A DNA stretch of 28,490 nt, from positions 62,001-90,490 of the forward strand of contig BAAIJX010000070.1 in the NCBI GenBank assembly GCA_054600435.1, read 5' to 3'. This document shows, piece by piece, positions 1-8,808 of the stretch. Source of the DNA: Neophaeotheca triangularis (Eukaryota). The notes below the pieces were generated by a model. It saw nothing but the letters and a program-made list of their open reading frames with translations. It was not told the DNA's origin and ran no database searches. Position 1 is the stretch's first letter; the number at the start of each line of letters is the position of its first letter. Both the position numbers and the translations under genes were made by a program.

Positions 1-134
1 GTCGACAACGCGCTGCTTCTAAGCAGCGCAATCCTCGGCCTCGCATCCGCAGAAGTGCCACGCCAATTTCGCCGCAACACCATCGCTGAATCCATGTCTC
101 GTAAAAGACGCCTCTTTCCCGAGCTCGCCGTAGT

Positions 135-1021
135 CTAGAGTTCCGTAGTCCCTCCAATCGCAGAGCCGTGGATGGGTTTGATCTTCTCATGGGTTAGAAA
201 AGGGTTCGCCGTGAAGCATGTTGGGGACGACGAATACCATAAAGTTCAAGCCAATGAGGGAGAACATCATTTGCTTGAGGTCGAGAGTGAGGTAGTGAAA
301 TACCTTGAGGCCTTCGGGGTCGGCGGAGTCATTGATTTCGGCCATGGTGCTGATTTTTGCGGTCTGGAGTAGCAGAGGTGTTAGTCTGATCACTGACCGG
401 GAGCATGCTAGAACTGCAAACTTGCCTCGAATGAGATGTGTTGGTTGCCCATGCGGATTTCCAACTCAGAGCGACCATCCTTGTTCTTGACTGGCCATTT
501 GGTGTCGTCCTCCCTGTTGACGTACGTTAGCGCCACGAGCTTTCAAAAGATGCAGGCGTGAGGGTGGACTTACTTCATAATCTCGCTGTCCTTGATGATC
601 TGCTTGATTTGGTCGATAACGAGGTTGCTCACGCAGACTGGAAGGACATGTCAGTGTATATTCTCTGCATAGAAATAGTGGAGGGCTTGCTCACAGGTTC
701 TCTGGACGATACCCTCATCGCGGTACTTTGTGTTGTTGGCGTAGCGGGCGAGAGCGGATTTGCCGTCGGGGTTGGTTTGAAAATCGTACTCTACGGGCGA
801 CGGAGTTAGTTGGTCGTTCGGTAATGTATTATGTGTTTACGTAGAGGATATACCGAGAAATTCGTGGCCGTATCTACCAACGTAGCCGGAGCTGCAAGAA
901 TTGTTAGCTTTGGCTCGGTGAGGGTTTCCATGCTGAGTCCGCAAAGGATTGGCAGAGGCGGCGCGCAGATTAAAAGTAGGTAAACTTACTAGTAGCGCAC
1001 GTAGAAACGCTCGTCGGCCAT
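135..1021 (-). CDS. mago: Mago nashi, exon junction complex core subunit; 7 exons (1021-990, 891-854, 790-695, 637-574, 513-426, 363-238, 182-135), 163 aa
   Basis: Manual splicing gives MADERFYVRYYSGYVGRYGHEFLEYDF...ARYANNTKYRD...VIDQIKQIIKDSEIMKEDDTKWPVKNKDGRSELEIRMGNQHISFETAKI...DPEGLKVFHYL..DLKQMMFSLIGLNFMIKPI. Exon lengths sum to 492 nt in one frame, and each intron has a CTAAC/CTGAC branch site plus an AG acceptor. Confidence 0.95.
364..425 (-). other. Non-canonical GC-AG intron (mago intron 5, 62 nt)
   Basis: Donor GAG|GCAAGT, branch GACTAAC, acceptor CTCCAG. Removal joins HISFE to TAKI as in the conserved Mago motif. Confidence 0.9.
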
Positions 1022-1478
1022 GTTGGATGCTCTCGAGTGTAGATAATATTGTGAGTTCTTGCTATTTGGTATTGAAGAAGTTCTCGGCAAAGGTCGCTCG
1101 CTGTTGGTGAAGGTCAAGGCAAGCTTGTCGGCCATTCGTAACGCCAAGGCCAGCTTTTCTGGACACGGGGAAGCTCAAGTCGAGGAACGGGACCGACGAC
1201 GACAGACAGCAACATCACCTCTCCACCACCAACTTCCACAACCACCACCGACACCGCCAACCTCAACTTCGCCCCTGTCTCCCGATTTCCACAACAACAA
1301 CATCTCTTCCGAATCCGGCTGTAATACTCCCAATCCCCCGCTCGCCGTACTCCTTCCGACAGGCAAGCTTGAATAGCAAAGAGCATAGTGTGGACAGGGC
1401 TGGCTTCTGCTCTCACTACGCGCAGACCGCGAGGAAGACTGGCCCACCTACAGACAACCCCCCAACTCGTCACCCAAT
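1022..1478. promoter_or_regulatory. Compact head-to-head intergenic region (457 bp) shared by mago and SEC26
   Basis: Divergent start codons at 1021 (-) and 1479 (+). Bidirectional promoter activity is inferred. Confidence 0.6.
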
Positions 1479-4400
1479 ATGGCCACCTTCCTAGAGAATT
1501 CCTACAGCTTGGTGCACCAAGACTATGTCTCGGACGCATCCTCACTGCCTGAGCTGCGAACGCAACTGGAAAAGGGCAACGACGAGAGCAAGGTAGAAAC
1601 GATGAAACGTATCCTGACTGTCATGCTGAATGGAGACCCAATGCCACAACTGCTCATGCACATTATACGATTCGTCATGCCGAGTAAAAGCAAAGCGCTG
1701 AAGAAGCTGCTATACCTCTACTACGAGATATGCCCCAAACTCGACGCCAATGGCAAGCTGAAGCAGGAGATGATTCTCGTTTGGTATAGCCAGACCTTCC
1801 AACAACAATGATCTACCCCCATACTAACCCCTTTCTCAGCAACGGCATCCGCATGGACCTCCAACACGCCAACGAATACATCCGAGGCAACACTCTGCGC
1901 TTCCTCTGTAAACTCCGCGAACCCGAGCTCATCGAACCCCTCCTCGCCCCTGCCCGCGCATGCCTCGAACATCGTCACTCGTACGTCCGCAAGAACGCCG
2001 TCTTCGCTATCGCTTCCATCTACCAACATTCCGAATCCCTGATGCCCGACGCTCCGGAGTTGATACAAGCTTTCTTGGAATCGGAAAGCGACAACACATG
2101 CAAGAGGAACGCGTTCGCGGCGCTGATGAGCATCAGTCATGAAAAGGCATTGGAGTATTTGAGCGGGGTATTTGAGGGTATTCCCAATTCGAACGAGCTG
2201 CTGCAGCTGGTGGAGTTGGAGTTCATTCGCAAGGATGCCGTCACGAACCAGCAAAACAAGGCGCGGTATTTGAGGTTGATCTTCGATTTACTGGAGGCTA
2301 AGGACTCGACTGTGGTTTACGAAGCGGCTTCCTCCTTGACGACTCTCACGAACAACCCTGTCGCTGTCAAGGCCGCTGCAGCTAAATTCATTGAACTTAG
2401 CATCAAAGAGCCGGATAACAATGTCAAGCTCATTGTGTTGGAGAAGGTCAACCAACTGAGAAAGGCCAACCAGGGTACACTGGACGACTTGACGATGGAG
2501 ATTCTGCGCGTTCTTTCCAGCCCTGACTTGGATGTGCGGAGAAAAGCTTTGGCATTGGCCATGGACATGGTGTCGAGCAAGAATGTCGAGGAGGTGGTCC
2601 TGTTGTTGAAGAAGGAGCTCTCCAAGACTGTCGACGAACAGTACGAGAAGAACACCGAGTACCGATCGCTACTTATCCATTCGATCCATCAATGCGCCAT
2701 CCGCTTTTCCGAGGTTGCTGAGAGTGTGGTTGGCCTGCTTATGGATTTCATTGCTGACTTCAACAACGCTTCCGCGGTGGATGTAATCTCTTTCGTAAAG
2801 GAGGTTGTGGAGCGCTTCCCTAAGATGCGCAGCTCGATTGTTGAGCGACTGGTGTCTACATTGGGTGAAGTCAGGGCCGGTAAGGTCTATCGAGGAAGTT
2901 TGTGGATTGTTGGAGAATACTCGCTTCAAGAGAGCGATATCCGGGACGCTTGGAAACGCATTCGGTCGAGCTTGGGTGAGATCCCAATAGTGGCTTCCGA
3001 AGCTAGGTTGCTGGAAGAACAGCCTGATGGCGAGGCACAGCCGCCGCTTGACAGCCAAGTGAACGGTCATGCAAAGCCATCAGCGCCAACAGGTTCCCGC
3101 AAGGTCCTCGCAGATGGAACCTACGCCACAGAAAGCGCCCTCACCAGCCAGTCATCAGCGAAGGCCAAACTCGACGCGGTCAAGGCAGCTCAGAAGCCCC
3201 CGTTGCGACAACTCATCCTCGAAGGCGACTACTACCTCGCGACAGTTCTCTCTTCCACCTTGACAAAACTTGTCATGCGCCATGCCGAAATCTCCAACGA
3301 CGCCGCGCGAACAAACGCTCTCCGCGCTGAAGCGATGCTGATTATGATCTCAATCATTCGCGTGGGCCAATCACAATTCGTCAAAGCGCCCATCGACGAA
3401 GACAGCGTCGACCGCATCATGTCCTGCGTGCGCTCGCTAGCCGAGTTTGCGCAAAAGAAAGATCTGGAGACAGCCTTCCTCGACGACACTCGCCAAGCCT
3501 TCCGCGACATGGTGCAAGTTGAAGAAAAGAAACGCGCCGCTCAAGATGCCCTGGCCAAATCCGCCCAAGCCATCCAAGTCGACGACGTGTTCTCAATCCG
3601 ACAACTCCAAAAGAAGGACGCCATGAACGACAGCGCCGGCGACATTGCGCTCGACCTCGAAAGAGCCACGGGCGGCGACAGCGATGCCACCGACACAGCA
3701 AACGCGTCCAAACTATCCCGCGTCGTCCAGCTCACCGGCTTCTCCGACCCTGTTTACGCCGAAGCCTACGTCCAAGTGCACCAATTCGACATTATCCTCG
3801 ACGTCCTCCTCGTCAACCAAACGCGCGAAACCCTCCAAAATCTCTCCGTCGAATTCGCCACCCTCGGCGACCTCAAAGTCGTGGAACGCCCTTCAACCCA
3901 AAACCTCCCCGCTCTCGACTTCCTCAACGTCCAAGCCACCATCAAAGTCTCCTCCACCGACACGGGCGTCATCTTCGGCAACGTCGTCTACGACGGTGCG
4001 CATAGCACCGAAACCCACGTCGTCATCCTCAACGACGTGCACGTCGACATCATGGACTACATCCACCCGGCGCATTGCAGCGAGACACAGTTCCGCACCA
4101 TGTGGACAGAATTCGAGTGGGAGAACAAAGTCAACATCAACAGCAAAATGGCTGATGGTAAGGGGTTGAGAGCGTTTTTGAAGCGCTTGATGGGGGTAAC
4201 GAATATGGAGTGTCTTACCCCCGAGGCGAGTTTGGGTGGCGAGTGTCAGTTTTTGAGCGCGAATCTTTATGCTAGGAGTGTTTTTGGTGAGTTTCTCCCC
4301 TCTTCTCCTGAGGGCATGCGCGCTCTATACCCCTCTTCCCTTCCCTCTTCCCTTTTGCCCCTTCGCAACCCCATTCTTCATACTCTTCTCTTGGCCCCCG

Positions 4401-4597
4401 TCCGTCCACCTTCTCCACTGGCCCTCTTGACTAACCGCGATGATCTCGCAGGCGAGGACGCTCTCGCGAACCTGAGCATCGAGCTCTCCGAATCCGGCGT
4501 TGTGACGGGTTTCATGCGTATTCGGTCCCGTTCTCAGGGACTGGCGCTTAGTCTGGGCAGTCTCAAAGGGCTGGGGAAGATTGGGGAGACGGCTTAA
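1479..4597 (+). CDS. SEC26: Coatomer (COPI) subunit beta; exons 1479-1783, 1840-4286, 4452-4597
   Basis: Beta-COP motifs LLMHIIRFV..LKKLL, EMILVCNGIR..DLQHANEYIRGNTLRFLCKL, QLTGFSDPVYAEAY, FRTMWTEFEWENKV, LYARSVFGEDALANLSIE, RIRSRSQGLALSLG. Intron 1 is 1784-1839 (GTATAG..CTAAC..CAG); intron 2 is 4287-4451 (GTGAGT..GACTAAC..CAG). Confidence 0.97.
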
Positions 4598-5162
4598 AAA
4601 CGGGTTTTGAGTGGACAATGTCAAACGGCGAGAGGGAGCGAAGTGCTGACCAAAGCGAGAGAGTTATGATACTCGATACTCTGGTGTGGTGAAGGAAGAG
4701 TATGCATGGGAGCTTTCAGAGCTTCCGGGGGGAATAGGCGGCGTTTTGGAGCTGCTAATCAGAGGGCGAGGAATGTTTGTGCTTTAGACTACAGGTTCTC
4801 TTGTCTACTACGTCTGCATAGAGGGGTGTCTCTTCTCACTTTTGTTGAAGTTGTGTTGTTTCCGTGAGATCATCGTCAGGGCGGATTATACAAAGTGGGT
4901 TTGCTGTTGTTGTTGTTGTCGTGGTCGTCGATTCAACCATGTTGGCTAGCATTACTTTGTACATTTCTGCCGTGTCGAATTCCCGGTTGCTCTTCGAGTT
5001 TCTGCAGACTGAAGACGACGATGACGATGAGGCGAGGGTATGCGAGGATATTTAGCCGGTGGGGGTGGGAAGGGGGAATCTTGAACTTTTCCCCTTTTCC
5101 CCATAAGCTATAGACCATCTACTGGGCTTCTTTGGCTCTATGTACACAAGCAGCGGTTTATG

Positions 5163-5205
5163 AATCAATCAATCAATCAATCAATCAACCCATCAATCAA
5201 TCAAT
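5163..5205. repeat. (AATC)n microsatellite, 6 perfect units plus an interrupted continuation
   Basis: aatcaatcaatcaatcaatcaatcaacccatcaatcaatcaat read directly. Confidence 0.95.
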
Positions 5206-5436
5206 TCAGAACCCTGTGGGGGTTGGGGTTGGGGGGTCTTGTGATTTTTTGGGGGAGATTGAGTTTCATCGCGATAGGAACGAAGGAGGGAAGGGAAGGG
5301 AAGGATAGGGAAGGATAGGGGCTCGTATGTTCCAGGCATGAGGTAGAGTTTACTCGCGACTAGAACGAGGGAACGGCAGGCAAGAGCGGGGGGGGGAGGG
5401 TAGGAGTGGGAGGGTTAGTTCCGCGGCTAGGGTTTC

Positions 5437-5525
5437 GGGAAGAAGGGAGAGAGAGAGAGAGAGAGAGAGAGAAAGATAGAAAAAGAGAAGAAGAGAGAAA
5501 GAGAAGAAGAAAAAGAAAGACAGAG
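5437..5525. repeat. Polypurine tract including (GA)13 at 5447-5472
   Basis: Nearly pure A/G run read directly. Confidence 0.9.
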
Positions 5526-5997
5526 TGTATACACATGTCCACACGTATGCAAGTACAGCGAATTACACACATACATACACTACCTATCCCACCGATCCTC
5601 GCAGCCCTCGCTGAAACCTGTATTTCGCACCGTGTCCACGACCATCCTCCAGTATGAATACGATGGACCAATCGAGACGACCCCTATCCGCCTCTGCGAT
5701 TTCCAAAGTCCGCTTTCGTGGCAGAAGTGGGGGAAAAGTATGAGCATGTCTGTACGGATGGATTTATGTATTGAAGCATCGCAAGCGCGCCCATGAGTCG
5801 CAAAAGAAAGAGAGGGGAAGGGAAAAAAGAAAAAACGCCAGCCAACGCCGTCGCTAAGATGGAGATCGATTGGAAAAGTTGGCAGTCGCTTGCTCCCCAA
5901 GCATCAACTTCGGCCTCGATCTTGAAAAATCCAAAAAGGATTTCCGCACCTCCCTGGGCCCAAGCGGTTCGTCCTGGCACTCTACCAGCCCACTCGC

Positions 5998-7209
5998 TCA
6001 ACCACCCCCACTCCCCCCGACCCCCAAAACCCTCACCCCGCCCTCCTCCCCAGCGAAAGCAACCCAATACCGCCACGGATGCCACGCCACACAGCCGACG
6101 GCGCGATTCGTCTCAACAACATGCACAAACTCGCCGGTATCGACGTGCCAAAACCGCAAACCGCCCGCATTCCCCCTCTCCTCATCCCCCTTGCCGCCGA
6201 CGCCCTGGACCTCTCTAGCCTCTTTGCCGCTGCCGGCGACAATGTATGCGCCATCCCAGGAGAAACTCAAATCTCTCACGCCCTTTTCATGCTCGGTGAG
6301 GGTTTGCGAGCAGAGGAGGGAGGTGGTGGACCAGAGGGTTAGGAGCGCGTCGGCGCCGCCGGCGGCTATGTAGTTCCCCGCCGGTGATGGGGCGATGGCG
6401 TGGGTGGTTTGAGAGTGGGCGATGAGGGTGTGGAGGTGAGTTAGGGATGGGTAGGCGTAGATGTGGATGCGGCCGTCGCCCGTGGTGGCTAGGAGCTCGG
6501 TGCCTGGGTTTGAGAAGGCGAGGGCGTTCAGGTTGCGGGAACGAGGGGGGTCAGGCCCGCTGCCGGAGCGTGGGGGGGTGCTGTCGTGGGCGTGGAGGGT
6601 GTAGGATTGTTTCGTTGGGGGTTGCGTGGTGGTGGGGACGGGTTCAAGGGTGATGGCTTGGACCACGTCGTCTTGTCTGCCGACTAGCAATTGTTGACCA
6701 CTGGGGTGCCAGGTGAGACTCCAACCGGCATCGCCAAGGGCGCACTCGCCGACCGCCAACAGCGCCGCCACACCCCCAGCGGCTCCATTCAACCCTCCCG
6801 CCTTGGGTCCCTGAGGCGCGCCCGCCATACCCCCTGCCAGCCCAAAATCCCAAAGCCTACACTTCCCATCCGAGCCCACGCTGGCCAACAAGCCCTCACG
6901 ACTGGGACACCAGGCAATCCTCTCGACCGTCTCGACACCGCCATGAGCATTCTTGACCTCGACACCGGGACTAGGGCGGGCTTTGGTGTCGGCGCCAGGC
7001 CGGCCGTCGCGGTCGGTATTCCAGACGCGGATGGTGGAGCCGACACATTGGGCCAGATAGACGCCCGTAGCGCTCCAGGCGATGCAACGGATGTGTGGGA
7101 TAAGTTTTGTCGTCGTTGGGAGTTCACTGTAGCGGAGGTATTGGGTCGGTTTGAAGCGGGTCGGGAGGTCGGATTTGCGAAGGGGGATGGAGCGGTAGGG
7201 AGGTGGCAT
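5998..7209 (-). CDS. TEX1: WD40 repeat protein, probable THO/TREX subunit THOC3/Tex1 (403 aa, intronless)
   Basis: WD-like blades (IAWS..IRVWN, IAWCP..CRLWD, AHSQ..SPAGNYIAAGGADALLTLWS, VRDLSFSWDGAYIVAGS). The C-terminal VAWHPWRYWVAFAG resembles the THOC3 family. Orthology is from recall, not from a search. Confidence 0.7.
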   Translation of the reverse strand: MPPPYRSIPLRKSDLPTRFKPTQYLRYSELPTTTKLIPHIRCIAWSATGVYLAQCVGSTIRVWNTDRDGRPGADTKARPSPGVEVKNAHGGVETVERIAWCPSREGLLASVGSDGKCRLWDFGLAGGMAGAPQGPKAGGLNGAAGGVAALLAVGECALGDAGWSLTWHPSGQQLLVGRQDDVVQAITLEPVPTTTQPPTKQSYTLHAHDSTPPRSGSGPDPPRSRNLNALAFSNPGTELLATTGDGRIHIYAYPSLTHLHTLIAHSQTTHAIAPSPAGNYIAAGGADALLTLWSTTSLLCSQTLTEHEKGVRDLSFSWDGAYIVAGSGKEAREVQGVGGKGDEERGNAGGLRFWHVDTGEFVHVVETNRAVGCVAWHPWRYWVAFAGEEGGVRVLGVGGSGGG

Positions 7210-8808
7210 GGTGGGCGTTAGGGTGTGTGTTTTGGAAGTCGGTTTGGGAGGGTGGTGAGTGTGTTGGGAGGATGTGGGAGCGAAAGGGACGGTGAGGTTG
7301 TCAGGCGTGAAGGAATGAAAGGTTGGCTTTCATTGGAGCGCATTGGGAGACTCGAGCTTCGAAACTCGAGACTCCAGAGATCGGGAATCGGAACTTTCGC
7401 GAAGATGACGCGGGTCACGTGTGCGGGCCTCACAGAAACAACCAAGCCCTCCATAGCCCTACCACAGCAGACAAACACAGGTACCCGAAGACTTCATGAA
7501 AACCACAAAACATGAAACCGAGCCTACCCAAGCCCCGCCCCGGCATTCTACACAAAGTGCAAGGAATCCCCGGGCCTCGTACAACCGTAAGCGTAGGCAA
7601 GAAATAACCTCAACGAACGACAACGGACCCAAACTCCCCAACCCGAAGCGTCAGTTCAAAAGCTTGAGATAAATGTCTCCGACTCTACTACACAAAAAGT
7701 ACAAAAGCGTCCCTCCACCGAATTATTTATAATACAGAGCCAACCGCCCACATCCACAAAGCAGTAGTAGTAGTAGGCGACCGACAAGAGCCACGTACTA
7801 GCAGTAGTAGTAGCAGTAGCAGTTATAATGCTCCAGCGGTGTCTCTAGTCATCCGTCCACCCACCCGCAAGCTAGACGGCGCGAGCAGATAGACGAAGAT
7901 AGGGGCCCGGGGGGACAAGGGAACTAATCATTACATCGTCAGAAGGCTCCTCAAAAATTCTCCCGTTGCCGCGTCCATTTTCCCTGGTTCGTTTTGTTTC
8001 ATTTGCATTTCCAGTTCCCCATTCGGCCGCATATGAATGGCCGTTCGCACGTCCGTGCAAGGAGTCCAACATTTATGCATTGCCTCCGTTCACAGTGATC
8101 GGAGCCCCACAGTCCCCTCCCGTGCAGCGCAGATTATGGCAAAGCGTCCACGTAACCAAGACGTGCAGTATCATCCGTCTTGTTGAAGCGTGTAAAGTGT
8201 CTCCAGAACTCGCTCTCGAACGATTGCCGTAAAAGAAGCTGCCTCTCAAACCAGTGGTGCCGTCAAAGAGACCGCCTGCTCTCACCCATCCATCCATCAA
8301 CAAGGCCCACAGCTTCCAGCGCGAAGACCAGCATTCCGCTCAGGAGATGGAGAAAGAGCGAGCGAGACACGGGCGCGCAATCCACACAGTGGCATTTTCG
8401 TCGTAGCGTAGGTAGGCAAACAAAGAGTCTCTTCGCGCGACCAGCGGGAAAAGTCGCCAAGAGTCTTGGGACGCGAATGCGATAAGTTCGATGGTGCTGT
8501 TTTGGTTCCCGTACTGTTCTGGTCCAGCATGTATTTATTCGAGAGCGCGACGAGCGAGCAAAAGAAGTTCCGCAATAGCGTGTGTTTTTGGCGCTGAAGT
8601 CGTAAAACCGATCGGCGGTGCAGTTCGTCCCCTTACAGTTTCGTGTCCGGTGCTGTTCATTCCCCGGGCTGCTCTGGTCCATACCCAGGAGTAAAAAGGC
8701 CAATCAGGTTCAATCCGATTCTACTCAACCCACGTCGATCCCAAGCAAAACGACCCACCATCCCAAAGCATATCAAACCCCGCCACCCCCCAAAAAAGCC
8801 CCCCAACA

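Noticed and set aside
1808..1839. ORF-track start MIYPHTNPFLS for beta-COP
   Set aside because: It lies inside intron 1. The true start is at 1479.
4939..5055. 38-aa ORF with CAACC-ATG context and an acidic tail
   Set aside because: It is short and partly microsatellite-derived, with no recognisable homology. It probably lies in or near the SEC26 3' UTR.
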